From assembly GCF_964355755.1 (NCBI RefSeq), contig NC_092676.1:24942871-25006870 (forward strand): a stretch of 64,000 bases of DNA, written 5' to 3'. Made by a program: the position numbers and the translations under genes. A model generated the notes under the pieces. The model saw only the letters and a program-made list of their open reading frames with translations, did not search any database and had not been told where the DNA came from. Source of the DNA: Antedon mediterranea. Lineage: Eukaryota > Animalia > Echinodermata. The stretch's first letter is position 1; every line of letters begins with the position of its first letter. Positions 24,001 through 37,096 of the stretch are shown here, one piece after another.

Positions 24001-27000
24001 CAAGTATGATAAAATGCGCAAATTATGCTGATATTCACAACTGTATTATTATGGCTCACAATTTAAACGGACGGTTGCCAGAGCAGTCTTATCGGCTAGG
24101 ATACCCCAGTATCAAAGAGGCTTCCGATCCCCAGTATCGAATAGGCCATTATGAATAATCAATTCCTTCACAAGCTTAATGATAATTGGTTAATTAAACT
24201 TATACCATTTCACGTAAATTAAAGTCGATACTGAATGCACATACTGAATGTACAATCTGCGAACACGCAGCATGATTTATATTGATTAACATAATTATAA
24301 CATTAAGAAACAAGCACCACTAACTTCTAAAGAACTCAGAAACACATTAACCTACCAAATTCATGATATCTAATATTTATTACATCATACTAGTGTCGCC
24401 AAATATCTTGATGATGGTAATTATGAGTTGTAAGTAAAGATTATAAAGATGGCAAGTCAGTGAAAGACAAAGTACAAAGTATGTACTTACAGCTCATACA
24501 AATTATCAAGACCCATGAACGTGTCTCTGTTTATTGTCTTCAGTTCGTTATATTGCAAGTGCCTGTTCAAAAAGAAAAGCTTTAAATTAATGTTATTTAT
24601 TATCATTATTCGCTTGATTTATTTAAAGAAGAAGAATAAAAAAAAGCAATAAAATATATTACGCCGGATACAAAAGCGAACTTTTATAGGTTAAAATGAT
24701 CGCTCATACGTTGGATAATGATGATACATCTGTGACTATATGTTATCTAGATTTTCTAAACGGATGTTGAGCTAAATATTGTAATGTATCATATTACATG
24801 AATGGTTTAATTATAAATTACTGTTTTGTTGAAAACTAAAAACAAATTAACATTACAGCATTATAAGAAAAACGTTACTAATGATACTGGTAATTGTTAT
24901 CGTACCCCTTTTACGCCGCCTTGTTACACTAGAACTAATTAAATTATTATATAATTTTGACAAAGCACTCAGGAATTATTATATATACAGTTATATGTTC
25001 TTATATGTTCTTCTGAACGACTGATTGTACAGGTTAATTTTGCAAGAAAAGTTTAAAAACTTATAGAATGATTTGTGAATTTTAATAACTGGCTTTATAG
25101 TTGTTTTACAAAGTAGGTCATACGATGCTATTACAGTTTTTATTAAACTTGTATAAAATACGGTACATAGGCAAACCTTGATCCGAAATAATCAAGCTAT
25201 AACACTATATATTTCAATTCTCGAGTTTCAGTAATTGAGACGTTTAAATATTATTAAAGTTATATGTTGCCAAATATTTAGTAAATATCAACCTTAAAAT
25301 TAATATATTATATAAAGTTCGATCATAAAAGCCATTTTTTAAAACGTCTAAAACCATTGATACTTTTACATCAATCTTCTTGCATTGAAAGTTAATCTAA
25401 CGATACGAGAGTTGGTATGTTTTTTTTTCGAAGTATCGCGTAAATGAACTTTAACCTCATTTCTGAAGATGAGCGTTAATAAAATATTGAGGTAATTATT
25501 TTATTGCTGTTTATAATTTACAAATAATTAGAACAGTTGTAGCATATAAAAATTCCAGAATTTTTTAAAAAAAATGGTTTTATTAATGAAGTTAGGCCTA
25601 TGCTTAAATAACCAATATATGTTTTAATTTAAGGAGCTTAGCACTGTCCATGTTAACGTTCTAGATTCGTTTGGAACTTTAATACCTATTTGTTTGTTCT
25701 ATCGAATACAAATTATCAAATAAAAAGACTTTCAAATTCATTTTGTATATAAAACACGTCTCTGTTCTGAAGAAAAAAAGGAATAATCCAATGTGCATTG
25801 CGTATAAGCCTGTATCGTCATTCCATTTATTATCGGACTGTATTTGGTCAATTTAACATTGGTCCTTCGTCTCAGAAAGTCCAAAACAAAGCTCGATATT
25901 TTCAAAAGCCGACGACATGATGTAATTAATCATTACGGTGTTGAATTGTATTATCGGCAATTATTGCAACTATAAACAAACGACGCATAGCAATAAAGAG
26001 GACATAAAATGTCACATGACCGCATAATATAATATTTTATGATTGTCATTACTGAAAAATTACCGAATACTTATGCGCCACAAAAAGGGCCTCGCATTAA
26101 TGTAATTTTTCGTGCCGGGTATTTATATCGTGTTTACAATAAATATGAAATTATGAATATAAGTTTCTGGAACAAAACTAAATGTAACATTCAGAGAATC
26201 TTAATTGCTCAAATACTGAACAATAACGCCTGGTTTTGTACTCTAGATCACGTAAATTAAGTACCACAATCAAATGTGTACCGCAGACAAATATGTGAGT
26301 GTAGCCACGTATATACCGTTGCCAAATATGTGCCGGAGTCAAATGTGTGCCGCGCAAAAGCGTACCACAAATGCGACACTTGTTCAATTATTTACTCTAT
26401 GCATAACAATTCAATACTGATATTGAAAGCGCCATAGAAATATCATTTACAGAAATACGTTGGGCGTATATCACGCTGCGTAATGGAACGCCAGATGACA
26501 TATTGAATCGCTTTGTAATTCTTTAAGTTGCCGCATATATGTGATTCGAATGTTTTACTTAAGTTAAGCACACACAGATTGTGAACGGTATCAAGTATGA
26601 AACCAGCACAATATTTATTTTCTGTATCGGGATAAAGTTAATGCATTAAAAACGTTGACTTAATGTGTAGGCTAGCTGAGTAAAATTGGTATACTCATGC
26701 TAAAACACCGATACACGAGTTTCAACAAACGTAAAACAAGATTGAAGATCATGTTTATATTTTAGTATTTTAAAATTCAAAATGGAAAGCTTGGTTTGTT
26801 AACGTACAAACAAATGTGATGTGCCCATATATGGACATGATGATGTCATATCACTTCCATATTTGGGCATATTACTACCATATTTAGGAACATCCCACTT
26901 TTTTTTGTCAAACTAGTTTGATAGTGTAGACAGAGCTTAAGTGTAACCACAAGCGACAGCTTGGACCAATCACGACACGATTAATCGTTGCGTCCAAGTG

Positions 27001-30000
27001 GAAAACAAGAACACAAGAAGAACAAACAAGCAGAAGAAAAAAAAACCATACATTAATTTTTTTATATCATACAATATTATTGATGAATAGAGGGAATCAA
27101 CTTGTCACATCATGTAGTAAGCTTTAAAGCAATTAGTTCAAATTGTAGCAGACATGATCCCTTAAACACATAAACGTCAATTGAAGATTACCAATTTGTT
27201 AAAAAACATAAGCTTAAAAGAACTTGAAAAAACAAGCACATTATTCATCAGAAAGTTGAAACAAAAAGTTTATGAAAAGTTAAAATATGCACTATGTAAC
27301 AATGTTAAGAGAAATTTACTGTAATGTATGGAAATAAAAGTGGGATGAACCCACATAAGATAAAAACAAGTTTAGGACAAAATAATTAACTATTATCTAC
27401 TGTATTGGTATGTATCAATTAAAAAGATAAAAAGATAAAAACAAAATAAAAAAGAGGTAAACATTTTCTTCTTTTATTGTGTTGTGATCAAAAGTTTAAT
27501 TGTTTAATGTATTTTAATGTTCGTTGTTTATTTCAACAAAATACTGTAATAATAATACTGTCGATGGACTTCTGTTTTTGTTAACATTAAAATGAAAATG
27601 AAAAAAAAAAATTATGTTCACAATTCTGTTCTTATCTCTATCTACAATATCAAACTTTATGTGACAAAAAAATATGGTGTGGCCATTATATGGACATGAT
27701 GATGTCATATCACTACCATATTTGGGTATATCACTACCATATTTGGGCACATCACACTTTTTTTGTCAAACTTGTCTGACAGTGTAGACAAAGCTTTAGT
27801 AAACTGTATATAGAAAATATCATTTGAAAAAAGACAATCAGTATAGGTACTTACAGGTAGCTAAGATTCGACATCCCTTTAAAAAGACCATCTGGTATTT
27901 CTCCCATTTGACAACCAATTAGGTTCCTGAAAATTGAGAAAACAAAGTAAGGAACTATATTTAAAACATGTAGGCCTAGTAAATAAGAGAATGCACTACT
28001 AAAACATGTTTTAAGTTTTGTGTCAATAATGATAGAAGGAACCATTTTTTAACATAGAATGCTGGGACAAATTTTCCAGCAAAAAAAAATGGAAATTAAA
28101 AATCAATAAAAATTAGTTTTATAGAATTTTGAAAATGGAAATTTGATCTGGTTTGAAGAAGAATTAACAAAGTTCAAGATGTTTAAAAAATACTCTAATG
28201 GGTCTAGTTTTATTAATAATTTTAAAATAAAAGACTCGTAAACGTAGGCGTTTATTTTTTTTTACCGTGTGTTACGATAAACTTGATTTAATAATACAAT
28301 TGTATCTATTGTGTTAACTGTATTAAATCAAGTGTCTTGTGATATTAAATAAACTATCAACATTTATGCGTTAGTGAAACACATTTGAAAACATTTATGA
28401 GGACTTAGTATTGCAAATTAACTATCAAAGGAATGTTAATAGTGGACTTTAAAGCACTCATAATGTATTTCTAATAAAAAGAACGATAGTTAGTACGGTC
28501 GTAGTAATTGCAGGTCCGTAATAAATAACTCATTACTTGCATACCTGGCACACGAATCTACTGTAGTATTATTATATTCAGCAGTTTTTAAAAAAGAGTT
28601 TTTAAAAGAGTATTGTGCGTACTGTTCTTGTTCTTGTTTTTGTATATTAGGGGAAGAGGGAATATTAAAACTTTCTTTGTATTCGTAATATAATATACAT
28701 GTGTGTTACATGCATCTTTACCACCACATTGTCACAGCATAACCAGACCCAGCCAGACCGGAAGTAACCTGCCCCCTATTGAGTACGATAAAGCCGTAAT
28801 CCGCCCTCTATAGTACAGTATTCCGTTAGTATCGTACATTGTGGATAATTTTGATATTATACACAGACAGGTGTTGGGTATAAATCGGATATTCAACAAA
28901 TATCTGTTTTTTAAAAGTCCTAATTTTAAGTTGGGTCAACAAATGATTTGTTTATAAACGGTTATAGGTTTAATATTGCCTCAAAGCTTAGCATATCAAA
29001 ACCTCAATCCAACAAAACTCACGATATGCTACTGAAGCCTCGTGGTCGGGTCGGATAGAGGAGTTATCCACAACCAATTTGACCTCAAAATGCCTGACTA
29101 GGTCCAATTCAAAGAAGGCGAAGACTCATCCCAAGTTAATTTTAACTGGGAAGGGTTACCTTTCCAAAGTATGGCATTCTCTCAGATTGATTGATGTCAC
29201 ATTAAAAGTATTTGTAGAAATTTAGAAGTCTATACTTACAATTCAAGAAGTGAACGGTATTGCAATGCGTCAGGTTCAAAACGTAATTTACGATTACGGG
29301 GGAAGTATCTGTCACAGCCATAAAAGAAGATAGATTTATGACATATTAATAATATGCAAATCAGTATAATATTAGTTTAAATGCACCTATTTGGTTACTG
29401 CTATGAAAGTAGAAGAAGGAGGAGATACTAGTTTAAGTTAAGTAATTAAACGTAACAAATATCAAAGACAGTAATACCAATAGTATCCAATGAATTTATT
29501 ATATTGACACTCAACTAAGTTTGATTATTAGTTCAAACTTGTTTTATTAGTTGGTAAACTAGGTAGATGTGCACGGGGCACTGTATCAACTCGATTTCAG
29601 TCCTTTGCTTTTTAGTCTCCCTCCTACAAATATCTCACAATAAATAAATGCAAAACATTACAATAATTGTCAACCTTCCAATTACAATGATTACGTCTAT
29701 TTAAAATATGCCCTGATGGTATACCGTATAAGTTAACTTTGGAATATATATAACAATTACATACGTTCTTCAACGTCACAGTCGAACATTGAGATTGAAA
29801 TTAATAATACTTACAATACTCGAAGATTAGGTAAATGATCCAAGTCTTCGCGTGTCACGTGTGTTATATCGTTGTCCGATAAATCCCTTAAAGAAATATT
29901 TACATACATCATTATTTGTCAATCCTTAATAAGCGCATCAGTTCGTGTGTTAATCTTGATAAACAAATCATTGAAAGAATTTGTGTAATCTTGAAAGATA

Positions 30001-33000
30001 TGTTTCACTGTCAAGCGGCATACTTACACGACAATTATACAATTGAACTAAGTGAACTGTGATGTGTTAACTAAATCTCCGATTTACGAACGAACGTGTG
30101 TTCATCAAAATGTATGTTCTTTCTGTGAGTGGAATTATAATGTTTAAGTTGGCATTCTCTTTTCCAAACTAACTGTATAGATGGAACATATACCGCTTTT
30201 ATACCTCTACCTAGAAAAACTCTGGACTTTAAACACACCGGATGGAACAAACCAAACACGCCGATTTGAATGCCCTGGTGTGTTTACACTCAGGAATGTT
30301 GCTACTGTAGGCGATGTAAAAGGGGTAGAGGTAGCCAATTCAAATACTAGTATAGGAAAATGTGCCTCAAATATGTTGTGTACAACAGAAATGATTGCGG
30401 TGATTTTTCTGATAATTTAAAACTCGATATAATCAACCAATCTCTCAATATCATATCGCCGCAACTTTATAATATCGTTATGGTATTATCGTATTGTATG
30501 TTACTGTATAAATCGTCGGACTTATTCAAAGTTTATAAGTTTGAAGTCGATGACAAAAGACATAAGTCAACCGTATTAGCTTATAACACTATTAACCTCT
30601 TGAAAATACCAATGTGCTACATGATCACACATTGTAGATTTTGTTACAGCTTTACAAAGTTCTTTTGCTTTGAGTTTAATAATCTTTACTGACCTCAATT
30701 AATTTTTCATTTTTCGCTATTGCGAAAGATGAAAAAAGAATATTCGACACTTTGAATTTACGTAGAAAAAAGGAAACTGTTTCTTACAAGAGGACAGTGT
30801 TAAGAGGAAGATCTCTTGGGATAGTTGTGAAGCCTAGCATGTTGTTGCAGTACACCTCTGATTCACAATCGCCATCGTCTGCCGTGCTACCGTGACGTGA
30901 TTGGCATCGTAAAAAGCATAGACAACCAGACGGATATGTTCCATTTTCTGTATAGATACAATTAAAAATAGCGTCAGTACATTTTAAGCGTGGTTCCCAC
31001 TAGCTAGCGACGCAACACAATGACGTAACGCAACGCAAGTGAATTGACCAATCACAAGCGATGGCTTATTCGCTTGTGATTGCTAACTGTCTATAACTTC
31101 GCTTGTCATTGGTTAAAACGCTTGCGTTGCGTTTACGTCCTTGCGTTACGTTCTAGTGAGAACCAAGCTTAAAGCTTGGTTCTCACTAGCGACGCAACAT
31201 AACGCAACCTACGCAACGTAAGAAAATGCCCTTCCAATAATTGTGTTTGCCACCGCCTGCGTGAAATCAACCCTGCGATGTTTGCATCATTATTGCGTTG
31301 TCAGTTCCCATATGCGATTATGCAAGCGAGTTGACCAGCCACTGTTTGAATAATCCATCGGTTGTGATTGGTCAAATCACTTATGTTGTGTTACGTCCTT
31401 GCGTTGCGTCGCGAGTGGGACGCGTACGCGTAGGAGGGCTCAGTATACTCCCACGTGTAGACAACTTGGGTCTTACGCCGAGGATTATCATCGCTTGTCG
31501 CTAGCCCCGTCATCATTATTACTAACGCCTTAAAGCTGAGTGCAGAGTAGAAATATATTATCCATATCCATTTAGAAGTAATACTTCGAAGTTTATGGTA
31601 ACGTGTATATCATTTTTATGCGGTACTGTTGGAATAATGTTTCATATATTTGAAAGATATAATTTCAAAGAAATGTATATTTGTTTTAAAGAACTATTTC
31701 AAGTAAAGTTTTAACTATTTATTACTTTTAAATGGACATAAATAGATTTCTACTTTAGAACAACTTTTCATTTACTTGTAAACATATATGTCACTTTATT
31801 CTCTGATATAAAGTTGAATTTTCATTTCTACAATTTATATTTCAGGGAATAATACTTTCTGCCTTAATATACCGCCCTATTGTTTGTCAGGGTGACTATT
31901 TTCTAGCGCAAAGGTAACGCTTAAGCAACCATGAATAACAGTTAGACGGCACACACGAGTAATTTTTATTTATTTCTATTTTTCCCAGATATACAAATTA
32001 AACTTTAAGCGTTAGACTAAAATAAATTCAAAGTTAGAAATACAGAGACATACAGCTTTCTAACTTGTGCTGAAATAGGTCATTTCAATTCAATGGAACT
32101 ACAAAGCAGACATCCTAAATAAACGTGCTTTATTTCTAATGCCATACTATCGGTGATTCAACCAGTACAATTAACTCAAGCCGTATTACTTGCGATAATA
32201 ACATTCAATTACTATAGTATAATAACCGGATTATAAACTACCTTTAAAAAACAAACAAAACATAAAACGTCATTACCGCAAAAATTATCTGGGTTGTAAT
32301 CTTCGTCTGAAGAATCGCCATCGCCGCCTCTCCTTTCTGTCCCGTAAATATGGTTCCAAACATTCGTATACAAGGGATTGTTTGTGGCTAGATGAATAAA
32401 AAATGACAAATATATGTGTTAATGTGCATCTTTAAGGACATATATATATTGTTTGTAATGCGAATTTGTATTTACAACCTACAATAAATCTGCCACGACG
32501 TCTATGTAATTTATAATATGGAGCCGAAGTTGTATGAAGCTGTAAAGAGTTTCGTCCATCGGCGATTTTTATTATTGTACTAACATTCGAAGAATAATAT
32601 AATTCTGTACAGACGCCCAAGAGTTAATGCTGTTGTTTTTTTTTTACAATTACAGGTTTTCGCTTACAAAATAAATCGTCTCTTAATAATTGAGTTGGTA
32701 GAGTACAGTGTCCCCATATAACAGCACAACTAATGTTAATACTCATATTTCATAATTCCATAATTTAAATTGCAAAACTGTATGTTTATATCTCTACGTG
32801 ACATTTTATAAAAGATGTACTTTATTGAATGACCTCTTCAGCACACGACTGTTCTCCCAGAGGGACCATATCATGGTCATAAGACGATCCCCTTATAATT
32901 TCGATAATTTACACATTAATTCTTTACCGTGCACAGACATGGTACCAATGGCTTTATGTCTTATCAGGGACGAGTTAAATAGGAAGAAAAATTAATTTCA

Positions 33001-36000
33001 CTATTCCTTGGATAAGGCAACGAGAGTAAAATATCTTGCCTAAGATGGCAAACAATAAGGCACAAACTGGCCTCGAACCTATGCCTCAGCTCTCTATACT
33101 CCGATGTCCCTTAAGCTTGGTTCTAACTAGGACGCACCGCAAGGACGTAGACACAACGTAAGTGAGTTGACCAATCACAAGCGATGGATTTTCTAACTGT
33201 CGCTCGTCATTGGTGAACACGCTTGCGTTGCGTTTACGTCCTTGCGTTGCGTCCTTCTAGTGGGAACCAATCTTGACCTTGATTTCTACTTATGCCTAGA
33301 TGAAGCTAACATTTTTAAAAATTCATATTACATAAGATCCTTTACGCTTATTTATAATATAAGATTTTAAAACGTAAATTATCCAGCCTATTGAAGGTTT
33401 TTTAAAGACATTTGATATTCTAATGATGGGTATATGTTGGTAATCTGGCGTGCCGTCACTACGGTCCAAGGGTCGAGACAAAGGCCTAACCACGCGTGTA
33501 TTTTAAGTCCGATAAGTGCATAATCCTTTAAAATGTTACACATAATTCAATCTGTCACAAATCACCATAATATAGAAATCAATGTATATTTTGTTGCGTT
33601 TGTTATGACGTCATTATTGACAGTAGCGCGTTAAAATTACATCATTACGTCTGTTGCGAATGAACTTATTATAAACCCGGCTGTAACATTTAACAATTAT
33701 TACATTTAGGCCTAAATAACTATAATAAGTGACATGATTAAAAATAACAAACAACTATTATAGTGGAACTGATCCTTTAAGACACCTCTATTAAAGGGAC
33801 ACATACACGCTACAGTATACACTATATCCAGAATACATTTCTGTTAAAGGGACACTAGGTCCTGCATATGTCTTCTTCTATTGTCCTTGCATTTCTCATA
33901 CGCCAAGTCTTGGGCCTTAATAAAACAAGAAATATTTCTTACAAAAAACGCGGCTCAGTTATTTGACGGAACAATTTAAAGAATTGTCTATTGTTTATCA
34001 AATTATGCTTTTATTGATGTTCTATTTAATAAATTGAAGATGTATAGCACCCCCCCTTCCCATGAAAAAATAATTCTTATCAAAATTTAAGCCATCCAGT
34101 GGGTTTTTGGTAGAATTTAACCATTTATTTTTTCTATTTATAGGTGAAAACATTATTGTTTTCATTTATTTTCTATGGAAGTGATTAATTTTATTAAAAA
34201 ATACAAAATAACATATTCAAAGTCTGATTGAATTAATCTTCAGTTTTCATGTTTTTGGGGGACAATACATCTATTAAGAACAATGATTTATTATCAATCG
34301 TTTCTGTTTTTTTGTTTATGTAGATTTCGTGATTTCTACAATACTGAACAAATTTTTGCTTTAAGGAGAATAGTTGAAGGAATTCATGAAAAGAAACTTT
34401 CTGTTGTTATTACTTTATCGACATTCAAATTAAAAAAAATAGTATATCGTATGTCGTATCGTAGTTTAATTATATGTACTGTATATTCACACATGGGATG
34501 TATTTCTTCCCATATGTACAATGTCACATGTGATGACACACAGTATCACATAATTGGATACACATAGGCCTACATTAGATAACGTACCGTGGTAATTTCT
34601 AATTGAAAAGATACATTAAAAATGCTTGCAAGGATTGGTTTTCGAAAACAACTGTTTGAAATGATATTTTCTTTCAGGTACGTACTCTGATGTTGCTACT
34701 TTACTCATACCGTTTAAAACATGTAGGTTATGTTGCACTGCAACACGCTTATCTAACCAGCTAGAGTAATCTCACTCTTGCCTGTTTATACACGTTTAAA
34801 CTATATTATTCATTGATGTCTTGGATCATATGTAGTAAGTATACCTGATATGAATTGATGTTAAGTAAACAATATTCTAGTACTGTAATTCGGAAGTCGA
34901 ACCGTCCTATTTCACATTAAATAGGAACTCAGCCTGATTATATTTTATGCAGCGTATTTTATGCGTTTATATAACAAACTTTATTGTAGGCTATTAATTG
35001 TAAATACTCTCAAATCTCAAATTATAATTTAGCCTACTTTATGGCAAAAAACTATAGAAACGGTAGCATGTCAACACTCAACCAAGTGAACGTGCGCGTC
35101 GTTGACAGGGCTGTATAAATTTAAACTAGTTATTTAGAGCAGTTTCCATTTCTAATCATACGGCTATCATTAAATAGTGGTATAACTATAATATTTATTA
35201 GTAATCTCAGTGTATTGCTTTTATAATGTTAAGGTTTTAATCCACGAAAGAGAAAACTCCGATTGTAACCACACTCTGGGATTGAAAAGCCTAGATCAAC
35301 CTCTTTGTTACTTACCACACTCCTCTGGGAGCTCATCCGACCCATTATCACAATCTCTATTTCCGTTGCAAATGAAGTTTCCAGGAACACATTGGCTAGA
35401 ATTTACGCATGGAAATCGAAAACCCTGACAGTCACCATGCGGATTCTTTGACGTCACCTCTTGAATGTTGTCAGGGCATGTATGGGTATTTACTACAAAA
35501 AAAACACAACAACAAGCGGTTATTCAGAAAATGAAAGTATTAAAAAAAACACTTTCTAAAACAATTGCCCCTCTCTAACTATATTGTATATTTCTTCTTC
35601 AAATAATCCCATTTGAAGTCACTTCTTGCGGTGGCTAACCTTTATTCTATCATCTATTGACTCTTACCTTCTTATAATTATCCTTAATTCTTTTTTTTTT
35701 TATTTTGCGTATTTAATTTAATTCATTTTGTATATACTAATAGTTTTTTGTGTGTATATACACGTCTAAATATATTGTTTATTGTTTTGTACACTCATGT
35801 TAGTTAAGATCATGGGACTGCTGACCCTTGTAGTTATAGTAATCTTATTGTCATCTGACAAATTCATCTCTGTATTTCTTTGTTGGTCACATATATAAAT
35901 GAAATTAAATACAATTTAAGAACTGTATGTGTTGCTTTACCTCGACATGTTAAACTTGGGTGAAATGCAGAGAAGAAAACCAGAAACATCAAATGCCAAA

Positions 36001-36037
36001 TCACCATGGAGAAATGAAACTTGTTCGTACACGCCAT
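15072..36037 (-). CDS. Relaxin-receptor-like leucine-rich-repeat GPCR (RXFP1/2 / LGR3-4 type C1): signal peptide, single LDLa, linker, LRRNT, 10 LRRs, 7TM; 795 aa
   Basis: Exons: 35941-36037 (signal peptide MACTNKFHFSMVIWHLMFLVFFSAF), 35316-35492 (LDLa CQGFRFPCVNSSQCVPGNFICNGNRDCDNGSDELPEEC), 32277-32387 (linker), 30788-30947 (LRRNT). Ten phase-2 LRR exons: 29815-29886, 29240-29308, 27855-27926, 24491-24562, 23829-23900, 23153-23224, 19539-19610, 18897-18968, 17953-18024, 16937-17011. Then 15457-16292 (hinge plus TM1-6: NLAMADLLMGVYL, TLDRY, CLPL, FTDMLCWLP) and 15072-15358 (TM7 PINAALNPMLYT, stop). Total 2388 nt, all GT-AG and in frame. Confidence 0.93.
17246..17748. repeat. 30-bp minisatellite (~15 copies) enclosed by 29-bp terminal inverted repeats
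   Basis: TIR ATCTCGATRTTTCAGTTGTTATGCTCCAG at 17246-17274 and 17720-17748; unit GCTCTAGAAGACGACTGGAGCAGTTTTTAT. Confidence 0.92.
18190..18320 (+). repeat. Dispersed repeat family 5 (GGCACATATGGCGTTTCATACGTATA core)
   Basis: Same core at ~50780-50945 (+), ~47900-48008 (-) and degraded at ~42508-42595 (-). Confidence 0.7.
18383..18757 (+). repeat. Tandem duplication, 188-bp period x2
   Basis: ACCAGTGG..GGGCTTCCGTACATAATG at 18383 and 18571; each unit includes a hAT-like end fragment GGCGGATCCAGG. Confidence 0.9.
19780..20260 (+). repeat. Dispersed repeat family 4, copy 2, with nested internally deleted family-1 MITE (19870-19971)
   Basis: Homology to 5230-5430 and 58170-58370 on both sides of the MITE; the 3' part has AATAAA and ends CGTAACA. 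Confidence 0.65.
21415..21615 (+). repeat. Degenerate tandem repeat (TTTCATTGGATGAAAC core, ~20-22 bp)
   Basis: About 8-9 diverged copies. Confidence 0.65.
21786..22023 (+). repeat. Diverged tandem duplication (~140-bp period)
   Basis: ATTTCTTAT..TAACTTCAC...TTATTTTCTTATTTTATACGG..TCGATTCAGATC occurs twice, separated by (TA)n. Confidence 0.75.
26810..26937. mobile_element. MITE family 3 (CArG-bearing), left-truncated
   Basis: Ends AGTTTGATAGTGTAGACAGAGCT|TAA; contains CCATATATGG and CCATATTTGG. Confidence 0.8.
27633..27795. mobile_element. MITE family 3 copy
   Basis: CTCTATCTACAATATCAAACT...AGTGTAGACAAAGCT|TTA; two CCATATTTGG. Confidence 0.8.
30987..31420. mobile_element. Two abutting family-1 MITEs (30987-31169 and 31173-~31420)
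   Basis: TTA|AGCGTGGTTCCCAC...GAACCAAGCT|TAA|AGCTTGGTTCTCACTAG...; the second copy has a longer internal segment. Confidence 0.85.
32990..33095 (-). mobile_element. SINE remnant (reverse orientation)
   Basis: CCTTGG..AGGCAACGAGAGTAAAATATCTTGCCTAAG..CTCGAACC; B-box complement GGTTCGAG. Confidence 0.5.
33114..33273. mobile_element. MITE family 1 copy
   Basis: TTA|AGCTTGGTTCTAACTAG...CTAGTGGGAACCAATCT. Confidence 0.8.
34322..34432 (+). pseudogene. Fragment of LINE reverse transcriptase (RTE-like)
   Basis: RFRDFYNTEQIFALRRIVEGIHEKKLSVVIT matches the GFRxxRSTxEQIFxLRxIIE..K.....FIDF block of non-LTR RT, followed by a frameshift. Confidence 0.7.
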
Positions 36038-36071
36038 CTAAAAGTCTGAATTGAAGTAAGAATACAGGTTA

Positions 36072-36217
36072 AGCTCTGTCTACACTCTCACCCTACTTTG
36101 ACAAAAAAGTGTGATGTGTCCAAATATGGTAGTGATATGACATCATCGTATCCATGGCCATATATTGGCACATCACACTATTTTTGTCATATAAAGTTTG
36201 ATATTGTGGACAGAGCT
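36072..36217. mobile_element. MITE family 3 (AGCTCTGTCTACACT TIR), intact
   Basis: TTA TSD on both sides; 35 nt upstream of the receptor ATG; CArG CCAAATATGG at 36120. Confidence 0.88.
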
Positions 36218-36493
36218 TTAGATTATAAATTTAAATAATTAAAGATCAACGTCTCAAAGTAATAAAAACTTTGGGAATAACCAGGAAAGAGTTAAATTAA
36301 TTTAATTTAAATTGAACTCTTCCATGGAATAACCAGATGTTTGATTTCACAAAACTTGAAAAAAAAAACTTCCAAAATGATTGTTAACATTAACTAACAA
36401 CCCACATTGTGAACAAGGGTGTTTTTTTCGTCGAAAAAGAATTTCTTCAACAAAATTTCATCGGCCGCTTATGATACAACTCTAAGACTCTTA

Positions 36494-36640
36494 AGCTCTG
36501 TCTACACTATCAAACTTTATGTGACAAAAACATTTGATGTGCCCATATATGAACATGATGATGTCATATCACTACCATATTTGGGCATATCACTGCCATA
36601 TTTGGGCACATCACACTAGTTTGATAGTGTAGACAGAGCT
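36494..36640. mobile_element. MITE family 3, intact
   Basis: TTA|AGCTCTGTCTACACTATCAAACT...AGTTTGATAGTGTAGACAGAGCT|TTA; perfect 23-bp TIR; CArG at 36575 and 36596. Confidence 0.92.
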
Positions 36641-37096
36641 TTAGGCTAATACTGCAAACTACATTTGTTTCTACTGTGCTTTAAAAAGAAAAATGTTGTC
36701 AATAGAAATTTACTACCGTTCTGCTTAATACATTAGCAAATATGTATTTAACAGAGTCATAGAAACCGAACGTCGTAATGTAGGCCTATGTTTAGATCAT
36801 TTTTCACTATCGGACAGAAGTTTACAACTGCACAGTTTTCCTCTGTGTATTCGTTGAATCTTTTAAAAGTGAAGGATTTGGTAATATTTTGTATATAATC
36901 TACAATCATTCTCAACAGATCAACAAAAGGTTGCAACATTGCATCAAATAATAATCAACATTTTAAACAATTTTTCACTGTAGACTCGTCAATTTATAAA
37001 GTGCTCCGAGGGATTTACATGAGATCTGTTCTTAACTTCTTTTGCTGCTTGCTTTTTACTTTAAATGCTTGAATCGTTACGTTACGCTGACGACAA

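Noticed and set aside
15072-36037. Calling the receptor GRL101 or giving it an RXFP1/RXFP2 symbol
   Set aside because: Only one LDLa exon joins the signal-peptide exon in frame, and vertebrate paralogue orthology cannot be assigned without a phylogeny.
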